A stretch of DNA of 64,000 nucleotides from Octopus vulgaris (taxonomy: Eukaryota), in assembly GCA_951406725.2 (NCBI GenBank), contig OX597815.1:100688001-100752000 (forward strand). Direction: 5' to 3'. The notes beneath the pieces are model-generated. The model was not told the DNA's origin. It made no database searches and was given only the letters and a program-made list of their open reading frames with translations. Below are positions 40,325 through 57,041 of the stretch, piece by piece. The translations under genes were made by a program, and so were the position numbers. Every line of letters begins with the position of its first letter. The stretch's first letter is position 1.

Positions 40325-41155
40325 TAGAACCATACCCGACAGAGTGTAAGTACCTTGAGAGAAAAGTTGGACCTAAGAAGCATCAGATGTGGTGTGCAAG
40401 AGAGATGTCTACACTGGTATGGACACATGGTAAGAATGGATGAAGATAGTTGTGTGAAAAAGTGCCACACCCTAGCGGTTAAGGGAACCTGTGGAAGAGG
40501 TAGACCCAGGAAAATCTGGGACGAGGTGGTGAGCACGACCTTCGCTCTTTAGGTCTCACCGAGGAAATGACCAGAGACTGAGACCTTTGGAAGTATGCTG
40601 TGCGTGAGAAGACCCGGCAGGACAAGTGAGGCCATAACCCATGGCCTCTACCTGGGACATAGTCAGTCCACCTGTGCATACCTTCCTTCTTGGGACACAA
40701 AACTCTACTTGTGAAGACCTGTTGAGGCAAGTGAAAATCAAAAATCAATGAAAATCAAAATCGATCAACATCAATGGAATTTGTAGTTGTGACACCAGTG
40801 CCGGTGGCATGTAAGAGAACCATCCGAACGTGGCCGTAGCCAGCGCCGCATCGACTGGCCTCCGTGCCGGTGGCACATAACAAACACCATTCAACCATGG
40901 CCATTGTCAGCCTAGCCTGGCCTCCGTGCCAGTGGCACGTAAAAAGCACCATCTGATCGTGGCCGTTCGCCAGCCTCGTCTGGCACATAAAAAGCACCCA
41001 CTACACTCACGGAGTGGTTGGCATTAGGAAGGGCATCCAGCAGTAGAAACTCTGCCAGATCTGACTGGAACTGGTGCAGCCTTCGGGCTTCCCAGACCCA
41101 AGTTGAACCGTCTAACCCATGCTAGCGTGGAAATCGGACGCTAAACGATGATGAT
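40325..41155 (+). mobile_element. 5'-truncated RTE LINE (ORF C-terminus, 3' UTR, (GAT)n tail)
   Basis: ORF 40355-40552 reads ...ERCLHWYGHMVRMDEDSCVKKC...GRGRPRKIW, the RTE C-terminal signature, and is followed by the tandem-repeat UTR. Confidence 0.9.
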
Positions 41156-41599
41156 TCAAAATAATTCACTTCTACACTGCATATACTGACAGTTTCAAAC
41201 TTTGACAAAGAAGCTCCATCTTTCTTAGCAGTTGAGATATTGATAGTTTCTGTATTTGAAATCCTGATCTATAAAATGTGTAGTTTGCTAAATTCATACA
41301 ATAACTGATTTAAAAATCTGATAAATACAGAAGAGCCTTATATATGTAATATAATGAGTTGAAAAACATCAATAAACTGAGATTATCCACACAATCAACA
41401 GAAAAAACCTCTAGGAGTTTTTAAAATCTAAGAACCAACTAGAAAAAGAGATAACTATTAAGATCAGTTGATTAAAGTTAAGGGATAATGCAGATTGGAT
41501 TTAAAGACTAGTGGATCAACTGGTGAAATCATCAGACATAATCTCTTTTTTTTATTAAGTCTATGCAAAACATATTCTGCTTGGTTGACAGGAATGAAG

Positions 41600-42350
41600 A
41601 TGATGTATGATATTCTTCTTAATTTGTTTTTTATGGATTGGTCAGCAGAAAGGAATTGTGCCATTGGCATTTGTAGGACCTCTGAAACCTATGTGGTTGA
41701 TGTTCACTTTGAACAGTTGGAGGAAAAAAATAGGGATAGGAAGGACTAGGTGTAGTGGTTAATACACGAGACCTCGATACAATATAGGTGACATGTGAGA
41801 TGAGATTGGAGTAAATGGATGGAGAGGGCATAAGATCAGCAAGCTCTAAGAAGCAGAAACCATTGTAGTAGTGGTAGAAAAAGCAGAATGAGGAGACTGA
41901 ACACCCGTGGGCCTGAGGTTGGAATGTGTTGGCAAGTGACTGCATGCAATCAGCTGGATAGCATTTTCTGAGTGTCATCTAGGATGTATATATTTGTAAT
42001 AGCAGCACCATTTTAAATGTGAGAGTCGTATTTATTGTAGTGTGGGTCTCACATGAGTTCTGTTAAGGATTAGTAGTACTGAGGAGCTAAAGTATTTTCT
42101 GGTTGCCTTCTTGTGGGCCAGAAAATACATTGTGATGTTGTTTTTGCTATATTGTGGATGTGAATTTGAAGGGATCCTCAGTCATGTAGAGATTTGGCAT
42201 TTGTAGCAATTTTGAAGATTCTAGCTACATGTTGTTCATGATTTGAAATGTTACTAGATTGGTTATGGCAAAACATGTATACAGCCAGTGTTTAGGTGAA
42301 ACATGATGGACTCTGGAAAAGAATTTCCTCGCTATATCATGTTATAGAAA
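41600..42350 (-). pseudogene. Decayed CR1/L2-group LINE 3' end
   Basis: Minus strand gives THVRPTLQ*..SHI*NGAA..ILD..LANTFQPQAH..VSSFCFFYHYYNGFCFLELADL..RSR. Confidence 0.7.
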
Positions 42351-44189
42351 GATTATCTCTCAGCACTTACCAAAAAACAAAATACATTCAAACATATAAC
42401 ATTCCAATAATTGGATTAAAGAAATTAAAATCTTGACATATGAGGCCAAAATTTAGACTGATAAATACAATACTAGTTACTCAAAAATAGTTATTTTTGA
42501 GATCAACTAAAAATAACCTAGATCGATGTTATTGAATCTTGGTCATAGGAAACTGATATTTTCAGAGTGTCAGTGAATGAAAACTAAACCATGTCAACTC
42601 ATTTTAACAGGCTAATTTAAAAGTCATTATTATAACAATTGCTGATAGGAATTAAATGTGCAAAGATGTATATCTTAGGGAACTGGGCATAATTAAATTG
42701 GGAAAATACTGTTATAGATAATAATATAAATACAAAACATTTTACCAGATTTTTCACCTCCTCCACAGCAAGACACCTGTTTCTGCCTCTCATCATCTGA
42801 TATAAGATCCCCTCTGCTAATGCCCTCTCCCCTCTAAAAATTCCTTGTCTTGCAAGTTGCTTGTTAACCTTGTCGGTCCTGGTGCCATGTAAAAAGCATC
42901 GAGTCCACACTGTAAAGTGGTTGGCATTTGGAAGGACATTCAGCTGTAAAAACCTTGTCAAAACAGACACAACACCCGGGGTAGTCTTCTACATGGCCCG
43001 TTCCTGTCAAACCATCCAACAGATGCCTGCATGGAAGGTAGACATTAAACGATAATGTTATATATATATATATATATCTTATGAGCAGTAATCATGGATG
43101 ATACACTTAATCTGCCATCCTTAGCTGTTATGTATTTGTGGAATCTCTTCTGCTGCAAGAATTCCTCCTTTTCCTCACACCAGTTTTGGAAACCCGTCGT
43201 TACCCCAAAAAGTTAATAATGGGTGTTGTCTTTCCTTTTCCGACTAAATCATAAAAAAAACAGGTTGATCGATAACATATGGAGCTATAGTTCATATAAA
43301 TAGGTACTAGCTCTAAGTAAGTAACTCTAACAGCCACATAATGTTTTTTTATTATTGAAGGCAACACAAAATAGCTCATTAAAAACACCTTACAATAGAA
43401 TCACACTGTAAAAGCAAACAGCTAGGTCGTTGCTAGACCGGCTAGAAACAGTAGAGAACTCTCCAGCAAATAACACTCCATACTATGATCTTACAAAAAA
43501 AAAAAAAAAGGATACATTGGAAAATGTAGTCTCACAGAAAAAGACTAGATGAAACGCTTTTGATTATAGGAATGTCTGATCAGGACCAATCTGAGGTTAG
43601 AAAACAACCACGCTAGACATGTAGATAAAACGACAGCGCACACACACACAAACAGAGATATTGAAATTTTTCAATACACAAAATAATTCCAAGACAGTTA
43701 ATATTTAGAAGTGATAGCAACGTAAAAACAGTTACTGCTGCCAAAAATTGACAACAAAACACAATCCAAAATTTTACAAAATAAACTGCTGCCAGCCAAA
43801 TATAAAGGGCATTTAAAATGAAAGTTATAGAAAGTTGTTTTCCTGATACAGAATATAACAGACAGACTCAAAAGAAGTAACAATATATCCATCCCTCCAT
43901 TAATCTAACGCGCCTAAACAAAACGTGACTTAAAAATTAGAGCAGAAGGCTGGCTGAAGGAGTTAGGTAGACATGTTGGCAAAGTGGCTGCTGATGTAGT
44001 TGGTAACAGCAGCTAGGGTTTATAGTTGCTGTACATGAACCACCACCATTAATTAATAACCAGACACACGAGGCAACCAAGAAGCCTCTATGTGGTCATT
44101 TGACATGCTAGAGATAGCAGCCAAGTCTTTAAATTACGTCTTACCGTCTTAGAAAAAGGACACCTTGGGTAATATAGTCCTGGGTTCGA

Positions 44190-44383
44190 ATCTTGTTAAA
44201 TTTCTTTTAACCACTTGAAGTATTTCAAATTTTCACCACATTTTATTTTGGCAAATTTTCCACACTGATTAAACTCTTTATTATTAATTTCTAGAGAAAA
44301 ATAAAATGAATGCGATCTGTCACTGATAATAAAATAGTGAAAATTTGAAATGCTTCAACCGTTTGGAAGGCATTTAACATAAT
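44190..44383. mobile_element. Degenerate MITE-like inverted repeat (~60-bp arms) inside a family D copy
   Basis: tgttaaat...ttgaagtatttcaaattttcac is mirrored by gtgaaaatttgaaatgcttcaa...atttaaca. Confidence 0.55.
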
Positions 44384-44991
44384 CTCTGGCTGGGTCTCTG
44401 CAAGTAGGAAAAAGAAGTGATAGGCACGGCGGAAATACTTTTAATACTGTTTTGACACTAAATTACAAGAACCGGTCTATCACTACAACCAATGAAGGAG
44501 AATCTAGGAGCGCATGACTTGCTAGAAACAGCAGTCAGAATCTAAGCTCATAACCTTTTTTAAATAAAGAGGATAACGTAGTCCGAGATAAACAATATTC
44601 AAAATGACGGAATAATCATGACAAGAATGCTTCTGATCATAGATCTGCTCGAACAAGGCTGAAATTAGGCTAAATAACAACCACCACTAGAAATACTACT
44701 ATCGTAAATAAGAGTCACAACAGCTTAGCGGACAGACCGCCTTTTTATATACATTGTCCAATGCATCCTTTTATTAAGACAGTGGAAGAAGGGAGGGGGG
44801 GATTTGATGTAGGAAAAATGCACTGCCATTTCTAGCAGGCTGAGTGACTACATCAAGGATATGAAGCGGTGGTACATGTGGTGCTTAAAATGTATTTCAA
44901 ATGGAAACAGTAGTTAGCAGTGACTATCTATCTATCTATCCACACAAGCGCTGGCTGCGAGATCTTGTCCGTTGGGCGGTAACCGTACGAA

Positions 44992-47640
<2,649 letters not shown>

Positions 47641-50149
47641 ACACATACATGGTCAATATTAGACTATTTTCTATAGTCAATATACGGTGGAAGCTTATAA
47701 TCATATTTACAAATTTTCACTTGTCACCTTTTCTTAACTTGTGAAAGGCTATATGAGTAACTAAAGCACACACACACAAGCTAAGAGATTTCAATGTAAA
47801 TCTTTATCAGCGGGGAAAAAAAAAAGGTTCTCGTATTGTTTAGCTGAAGACTTGATCAGGTTCTCAGTCTGTCTGTTTGTCTCTCTCTCTCTCTCTCTCT
47901 GTTTGGTGAATGACGGCCATTGATGGGGAGAGAGAGAGGATCAGACAGACTTGTGGAGACAGGGAGAAACACATATATACATATAGAGAAAGAGAAACAT
48001 TTCTTTTTGTTAAATACTGAAATAGTGTCCTGCAATTTATTTTGCACTATACGCAGTAACAAAGATATGAAATGTATAAAATACACACACTCTATGTGTG
48101 TGTGTACGCGCGCAAAAAAATATTCCAGGAGTGTGTGAAGGAGAGAGCGAGATGAAGTGTAGTAGCAGTAGCGAAGTTTATATAGTAGCTGAAAGACAGC
48201 ACCGACCGATATACATCACACACACTAACGATATATAAAAGCAATTAAGTGTGCATATCTACTACATATCAATTAGGCACAGACACATTACATACACACA
48301 CGTTCAAGTACATATATGAACATTATATAGATACAGAGAGAGAGAGTAGCTAGTTGGAAAGAAATATGATTGACTTCACTGCTGATTCTAGCAGTAGTTT
48401 CTCAATAATAAACCGTCTTTGACCTGGATTTAATTTTATTTATTTTTTTTTTTTTAGCCAAAACAATTCTAGAGCTAGCAACTTAAAAGAAAAGAAGCCA
48501 ACGAGAGTTTGTAGAAATAGCAGCCATGTCAGAAAAATGAGATACGACGCTGGTTAATGGACTCTTTAGATAAGCTTAAATGAAACGCGTTTAGATCATA
48601 GATCTTGCTCAATCAGGTCTGACCTGCTGTTCAATAAGAAAATAAATGGAACTTCTACTTCAGCAAACTGAATAACACACACGTATGTGCGTACGTTTGT
48701 ATGAGTATATACATATATGCATACAATTACATATTCATACACACAAATGTATATACACATTAGTGAACGCCCCCCTCCCAAATATATATGCAAATACATT
48801 TTCAACTTTAGGATTCAACGCGTTAATTCTGAGGACTATTTTTAGCGTTCTCTTCTTGATATCCCTTTGTAGAAAATAAACGATTAGAAATAGTTCACAG
48901 CAACTCATCTCAAGACAGCAACGGAAGGTCTGTGGTAACCAAACATGCTAGAAATAGCAGCCAATTCATATTCGAATCACACTCCTAACATCTTAAAAGT
49001 AATAAGTGACGTTAGATACACTGAATATATGCTGGGTGATCACGAGAGTTGTACTTATTTAAAGAATCTCTCCAAAGTATAAAACGCAACAACAAAAGAT
49101 TGATCTCGGCCTCGGCGGGATTTGAACCCAAACCCAAGAACAGAGCCGAGAATATTAATTAATTTTTTTAAAGAATTGCTAAATCGAAAACCTGATCGCA
49201 GATACACAACATGAGAAGAAGACAAAAGTAATGGAGGAGGAAATTAAAAGATAAGCTTATTTAAATGGGGGAATTAGGAGTGAAAAGGAGAAGGTAGAAT
49301 TGAACTGTGTTGTGTATGTGTGTCCGTGTGTCGCAGCTAACAACGCTGTGCTACGTGACATCTCAGAGGTGATCCATGGAGGAGTGATTCCGATATAGAT
49401 GAGAGGGGAGGTATAAATAAATCTAAAAATTGTTGCTAAGCCCCAATATCTGTCTTGACTTGAGCAAACTTTATGACCAAATGTGTGTGTTTCAACCGTG
49501 TTTAAGACTACCTAATGGTATCCTCTGGCTGCTATTTTAGCAAGTTGAGCGACCACGTACAGGTTGTGACAACAATATAAGTGACGAAGTAGCTTGAGTG
49601 GTCGATCGTTCTGCTAGAAATAGCAGCCAAATCTCCCTCATAGCACAACACACTGTCTTTAATGATAATAAATTCGATAATTTAGTCCTTGAAAATGACG
49701 GGAGGGTCAGAGTTTGGGTGGAACGTCTTTGATCTTGGAGGTTTACACATTCTGAACTGATCTAAGGTTAATCAACAAAAGTGCTAAGTTGTGTGCGCGA
49801 GCGCATGATGATGCATCTCCGTGGAAAAAATTAATTTTTAAATTCACAAATTCTTTGACATTAATTAAATTACTGTTTCTTTAATGAGTTTTTCCCCACC
49901 CTTGAATTGTAAAAGCAGTGCTGGTAAAATTGCCGATACGGGGGGGGGGGGCTAAACGATCTTTCGACCTGCTAAAAATGGCAGTCAAATATCTCTCAAA
50001 TTGTCCTCCAGTCATAAACAGGTTGGACAATGTAGTGCTTGATAAACAAAAAGATTGGTCACGACTGGAAGGTCTTTGAAACAAAACAACTGATAGGATT
50101 ATAGTCTCATTGCTTAAAAACAGAAAGTTGCGGGAGTTTACATCAAAGA

Positions 50150-51880
50150 GAAAGTAACAACAAATAATGTGAAAAAGGAAAGAAAAACAATCCACAATCG
50201 GAGTAGGGTACCAAAGGCTAATCGAGAAACCCCACAGATCTAGATTGTCTACCAAGGCAAATACCCTATCCAAGTTATATTCCCCGGCCAACAGTAACAT
50301 ACAGAAAATAGACTTATTCATTCGGGTCATTCTCATGGTACTCATTCACCTTCCAACAAAACTCCACAAGTTAGTAATGCTCACACACTGAAAGAGTGCG
50401 TGCACAACGTCTAGAGAATTTATGTTAGACCAGCAATGTCTTTGTTGCAATACCATGTCAGCTGTTATCTATAGTCGCCGGACAAACAGTAAATCCTCCG
50501 GAACAGACTAGTCATGTCGACGTCCAGAGTATTCCGGGGAGAACACCGTCGCTCTTCCCCATCGTAAGTTTTTCATAGAAAGTTGACGGCAAAGTTCTAC
50601 CAGCAGCGTTGTCCGACTGATGCCATTATAGATGCCAAACAACCCGGTTTCGTGGTCTTTGCTTCAAAGACTGCAATTCCGTCAGAGACGAACTGTGAAA
50701 AACGTGTCCGACAAAAACAAAAGGCGATAACACCTGCTCACTCACAAAGAAATCTCAGCAGATGTCACCACCGTCAGCGCATCATCAGCCATGGTTACAC
50801 CGAGCTGTCTGCATGTGAGTGTCTCCAACAAATGGACTGTCCGACTAGTGGAACACGTTTCTTGCACAAGAAGCGAAAGAGCAGACGGAGGCGACGTACG
50901 CGTTCGCCTAATTATTCAAGGAAAGCTGCTCTCAGCCAATCTCTGTCGTCTCATCCAAATTTCTATTCACGGAAGGTCCGGACCGAGCCAGACCCCAAGC
51001 GACTTATCAGGCCTGACTGTCCAGCATCCCACAAAGCTGGTCGGCAGCATGGACTTGCTCGAGATGGGAATTGCAAGCTCAACGACTTGTTCGAGTTAAT
51101 TTTTGCGCCTGTCACCACCTTGAATTCCTAGATTTCCGTGGTTTCCGACACCTTAACGGTTCTCCCATATCCCAGTTCGTACGGGATATCCCTCAATACT
51201 TCCAGGTTCAATAGTAGTGGCTTGAGTGTCAGGTGTGAAGCAGCTCCGATAGTTGGCCAGTTGTACGTTGAAGCGACCCAGTCTCTGAAAACGAAACCGG
51301 ATCCGCTACAATCAAACAGCGATGCACGATCCTATTGAAAGTTTTCAATTGATTCAAATCGATCAAGAGCCTCATTGAAGCCAAATTTGTTTCCCCACTC
51401 TTCTCGATAATGTATCACACAAGTCTGCACCTTCTCGCAACAAGCGTAAACTTATTTGCAAGCAACTTTGGCAAAATTTTAAACCTTTCGTTCAGCAAAA
51501 CCATGATCCGGAAATTATTGATGTGTCTCTTGTTCGCTCCCTTCCTCAACAGTGCTCCCACTTCTCCGGCAGACAGTAAACGAACGCCAAAACTTTGGCG
51601 CAAACCATTCAAGCAGGATGATTTCGCTCCTCGCGCAACTACAACTTACTTTTACACAACACTTCGCGGCTTCTGTCGAGAGCTGCGAAGGTCGTCGAAG
51701 TAAGCACTCAAGTCCACTGTCGCAGTTGTTCTAAATACAACCGAAAAGCAACAGATCTGTCCGGAATCGAATACACGTACACGTCCCGATCGATCCTTTG
51801 AAGAGTGAATGTTGGTTTCCTGTCACGTCACCTCTCTGTCTCTTGGATCCAGTCAAACAGCTTTCGATCCTTTGCGTATG
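50150..51880 (-). pseudogene. Decayed L1/Tx1-clade LINE ORF2 (RT to zinc knuckle) with 3' UTR
   Basis: Minus strand gives LLRKGANKRHINNFRIMVLLNERFKILPKLLANK..LIDLNQLKTFNRIVH..VTGAKINSNKS..LGVWLGPDL..PWLMMR..VVHALFQC. Confidence 0.8.
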
Positions 51881-52475
51881 ATTTCTAACAGTTATAAGAA
51901 CCATAAGTTTTGAAGGGGAGGAGTAGTATTCGATTTAAATGACTCCGGTACTTGAATAGTACATATTTCATCGACACCATAAGATTTTAAGGCAAAGTCA
52001 GGTGATCACAGACTGCAAAAAATATCGACTATAGGCGTTTTAGCAATCCTGCTAATCCAACAAGAAAATGTTTTCTACAAGACTATGCTGCTTGACTCGC
52101 TAGAAATACCTGTCAAATTCCTTCATATCACAACCTAGCGTCTTATAATTGTCACATTGGACAATGTAGTTCCTGATATATAATATAAAGACAGAATAGT
52201 AACGTTTAGAATGTATTTCATCAGATGTGTTTAACCAGGGATGATATAATTATATCACTGAGAGCGGAGGTTTGCGAGAATCATTAGATCGTCGGAAAAA
52301 AAGAAAGACTGGCAACTTCGGCTTTTTTACATTCAGAGGTCAGATTCCGCTGAGGTCAAATAAGGAGTCGATAAAATCAAATACTAGCCAAGTACAGGGA
52401 GTCAATGACATTGACTAACCTCTTCTCTTAAGATTATTTTAAAATTATTAGCCTAAATCAAAAATTATTATTATT

Positions 52476-52651
52476 AAGGCGGCGAGCTGGTAGAACCCTT
52501 AAGGTATTTCGTTCATATTCACGTTCTAAGTTCAAATTCCGCTGAGGTCGACTTTGCCTTTCATCCTTTCGGGATCGATAAAATAACTACCACTAAAACC
52601 TGGGGTCGAGCCCCTTACCCGAAATTGTTGGCCTTGTGCCAAAATTTGAGA
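52476..52651 (+). mobile_element. SINE family A, one of few plus-orientation copies
   Basis: aaggcggcgagctgg...gttcaaattccgctgaggtcgactttgcctttcatcctttcgg, flanked by (TTA)n. Confidence 0.85.
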
Positions 52652-52837
52652 CAATTATTATTATTATTTGTTATTGTTGTTCAAATTCCACCAAGGTCTA
52701 CATTGTCTTTCATCTTTCTCAAGGGGAAGGTGGGACAATAAAATAACCAACCAGTAAACAACAACAATTACAAGCAGCTGTTATCGTTTAGCCCCAGTTA
52801 AGTTTTATACTTATGTTAGACATTATCGGAAACAGTA

Positions 52838-54170
52838 GATCAGATCAGATGTGGGGGTATGCGCGGTTGAAGCGCGTTGCTGCAGTCACCATATGTCCCG
52901 TGTTCTGGCGCCCTGTCGAGCAGAGCCCCAGACAGTGCCCATCTCCGCGAGATACATCCTCATCTGCCGTGACTATGTGGTCGACCAACACAAGCTATCA
53001 AGCCTGCTGAATCCTCAGCAAAGAGAACACAGTAAGCAAGGTCTAACTTGGAAAATCAAGCAACTTGGCCTGTTACCGAAAGAGCCCAGGTGTCTCTAAG
53101 GGCTCCGGACAGTGTCCAACCCTCTCAATTATAGAGCAGGATAGGGGGGTCCAGAGACCTAACGATCCGAACCTTTATCCTTCTGTTCAGATATTGGCAG
53201 CGCCAAATACCCTTGTTCAATTAGTCCACAACTGCTCCAGCTTGTCCAATTCTTTTTAGGACTTCAGACTCGCAGCTAATGCAGCTATGAATTTCACTGC
53301 TGAGATAAGTGAAGTGATCAACAACTTCGAATTTTCACCTGCAACTGAGACAGACGAAGTGGAGTTCTCCAAGAAGTCAACGAAAGACTGGGTCTTTGTC
53401 TTGATCTAAGAGATTCTAAAGCCAAGTGGTTCCGCTTCCTCACTCAGTGAAAGGAGAGCGTTCGTTAAGTCATCCAGACTCGGCAAGAATAACTATGCCA
53501 TAAGCAAAATCTAGGTCTGTCATCCTAGTTTCACCAATCAGTGCACCACAACACAATCGAGCTGCCATACGACCAAGTGTCCAATCCATGCAGGCTTTGA
53601 AAAGAGTGGGATCCAAGACACAACCATGACGGAACCCAGATGTAACTGGAAAAAAGTCAGCTGTTGAGCTCCCAATCCGAACTCTACTGACTGTTCTGGT
53701 GTATAAGGCCACCATCAATCCAATCAGTTGAAGAAGAATGCCTCGCAGCCCCAGAATCCTACAAGGAACATCTCTGTCTACCTCGCGGGGATCGACACAG
53801 ACTGCAAGCAGCCCCTGCTGAAAGCTCCGCTTGCGTTCAATGAGTACACGAAGAGACAGGATTCTATCACTAGTTAACCTCGCACTCTGTTCAGAGATAA
53901 AAACCTTTCTCGGCACTGAGTGGAGTGTAACAGCCCTTTCATTGTTGTAGTCGAAGCGGTCGCCTTTACCTTTCCAGAGACGGATAATTATGCCCGTCTT
54001 CCAGTCAGGCGGTATGAGGCCGCTGCTCCAGATTAAGCAGATGATCTGTCGCAAGAACAAGACTGCAGCGGGCACACCTTTCTTGATCATTTCCCCGCGG
54101 ATACCACAAACACCGACTGCCTTCCCGCCCTTCAGCTGATTTACTGCTGTACAAACTTCACATTGCTTTC
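52838..54170 (-). pseudogene. Decayed RTE-clade LINE reverse transcriptase
   Basis: EVCTAVNQLKGGKAVGVCGI, then ORF 53470-54090 with IPPDWKTGIIIRLWKGKGD, SGFRHGCVLDPTLF and TDLDFAYG (catalytic DD lost); (ATCTG)n tail near 52840. Confidence 0.9.
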
Positions 54171-56422
54171 TTTTTTGCCTGTATCCCTACTTCAAATTCC
54201 ACTACTGTTGTCGATCTTCCCGGGATTAAAACAAAATAGCAGCAGTTATGACGAGGGGACATTATTGTGGCGTAACATATGCGTGGTCACGGGTTCCTAT
54301 CTTAGACGTGTTTGATATAGAATTTGTCATGATAATGCTGCAACAAAACCACGACAATAAGAAAACATTGAAGAAAATACAAATTAACAATAAAAAAAAG
54401 TCAATTCATCTGACTACATCTTACCTCCAAAGAGATGTGACCTTACTGAGAATCGTCAAATCAGTCGTTCACACCCCACACTCGTCTGTACATACCCCAC
54501 TCCAAACTATTTTTATGTAAACAGATTACTTTAACTCAAATGTGAAAGCAAGTTGACTGACATTCTTAAAAATGTTACCACTTCCAAAATACAGTAATAT
54601 TTTCGTCACATATACAAACATGAACATGTACATATTACACATAACAGGGCGATTGATTGGCAGAAAACGTAGAGCGTTGAAACATAGTAACATTCGTAGT
54701 ACAAAACCCTTCTCTGGAGTCGATAAAATATGCTTCTGTGAAGTACTGGGGTTGATATTATTGACTTATGCACACACACACACACATATATATTATAGAG
54801 AGAGAGAGAGAGAGGGAGGGCTGTATGTAAATAGACACAATTGATCTATTATAACAAATATAATAGCTCTATAACAGAACACCTGAGCAAAATAATGGAA
54901 TGCATTAATATAGTACTAAACTTTTCTATAATCATAAATAATAATGTGAGTAGCGAAAGTATTGAACATTTTTTCATCTTGCACAGATGTTTTCCATCCA
55001 AAATTATGACAAAGATCAGAATTACATAAATGTTATGTTGCTTGTATATCGAATGACACTATCATTACTCAAAAATTAAAGCAACGGCATTTCAAATTTT
55101 ACAGAAAACGTTCTTTTCAGAGTTCTATTTGTCTAGGAACGTTTTTCTCAATGTTTTCAATTCAAATGATGACCATCTACATAAATATAACCGTATAAAC
55201 AGATTTCGTTTGCATGAAGCATATATTTTGTTTGTAAAATTGTAGTTACATTTATATCCCTTCATTATTTTGCTCGGCTATACTGCAATAAAACCAAAAT
55301 AATAATCAGCAGACTTTAATGCTAACGACTAAAAGTACAATATCCACTCTATTTCAATATCACTACCACCAGCAAAACAAACTGAATTAAGGCCTGATTG
55401 ATGTGTATAACAAACAATGTCGTAACCAGCTTCTAACAAATCAGATTGCGGTCTGCCATGATGGTTGACAAGCAAAAATATAGAATTAAGCTAAAAATGA
55501 AATAAAACCAAAAAGCTATAACATATTTCATAGCACATATAGTCTCCACCTCTTACTCTCTCTCTCTCTCTTACCTTATCAATAGTATACGTACTCAAAC
55601 CTCACTTATTATTACTACCTCCAACCTAGTTAATTCAGGCAGAGGGATCACATGAATCGTTAAGTGTAATAGCTAAACCACGGGTCAGTTAACCTCTATG
55701 TAATCACCCCAACTACTATAAAGAGCAAGGAAATTTCCCTGAAATGACTTTTCTATCGTCTTTAAAAACAAACGAATTGACACACTGTAACAAAGTACTA
55801 GTTATATATACAAAGACGATTACAGCTCTTTTGACATGGGCTGACTTGGGGCTAAACAACAACTTAACTCAAATCCAACCCTGATTTGAGTGAGAAGGGA
55901 GCGTTGGATGAAAAGCAAAACAAAATATTCAAATAATGTGTTGGTAAAGTAGATACTTCTTGTCAACAAAACAATGTCCAATCTGTAATTAGATACACGC
56001 ACAAGACCAACAAAATGGAACGGCTGAAAATAGCAGCAAATATCCCTCAAATCACATCCTACAGTCTTTAAAAAAAAAATAAGGTTACATGAAATAATGT
56101 AGTCATTTAAACAGTATATCAGGATGACAAAAGCTAAAATGTTCTTTATCAAAAGTCTACTCCATCAGGGCTGAAATGGGGCTTTAACAACTCACACGCG
56201 CGCAAATATTTTTGTTTTCGATTGGAACTGGACATCGGAACTCAGTTTGAAACGGACAAACGGACAGATGGTCAATAAAAACAGATGAGCTGCTGAAGAC
56301 CAATGATTATGTATACTTATATATAATAGTGTGTATGTATATATTATATATATATATCATATACAAAGGACGATAAGTCAATAACTCTTAAATTTAATCT
56401 ACCAAAACACCAGAATTAATCG

Positions 56423-56459
<37 letters not shown>

Positions 56460-57001
56460 GGTAAAGCACATGATCACCGTATATGAGGTAGAAGAGGAGG
56501 GTGTCAGCAGCAGCAGCAACTCAGCCACTGTGTTTCATCGACCTCCTGGAAATGGCAGCCAAATCGTCTTCGAATACGCCCTGACAGTTTTTAAAAGAGA
56601 GGAAGGAACTACACAAGACAAAACAGTATTAAAAGTTTAGAAAAAAAATAAATGATGATGATCATAGCTAGAATGCCTTTGACCATAGGTCCGCTCAATC
56701 AGTGTCGCCCTAGGACCAGAAAAATATAACCAAAGCGTCATGCTTGGGTATGTGTGTGTGTGTGAGAGAGATTAATGCCACTAGTACATAGATAGTAGTC
56801 ATTACTATTGAGATATTCAATAACAGAAGGGAGTGAGAAGAAAATAACACCGACGGTGATGGCTGATTTGTGTGCGTGTGTGTGTGTATGTATGTATTCA
56901 ACATCTATGGTATAAGACATAGATGGATATCTGGATGTTTTATCGCATCGTCTACAGAGACATACAAATTAGTATCAGCAGGGGAAGATGACTGGTGACT
57001 A

Positions 57002-57041
<40 letters not shown>

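Noticed and set aside
50583-51734. Plus-strand ORFs including the 182-aa Arg-rich ORF
   Set aside because: They are antisense shadows of the decayed L1/Tx1 ORF2 on the minus strand.
53470-54090. Functional reverse transcriptase (retron/DGR-like system)
   Set aside because: It is an RTE LINE RT with internal deletions, loss of the catalytic DD (DFAYG) and a stop shortly after; no accessory genes or template repeat.
54425-55740. Possible exon 2 candidates (donors at ~54424 and ~55574, acceptors at ~55283 and ~55491)
   Set aside because: In-frame stops or no resemblance to the expected ZNF292/RLF continuation.
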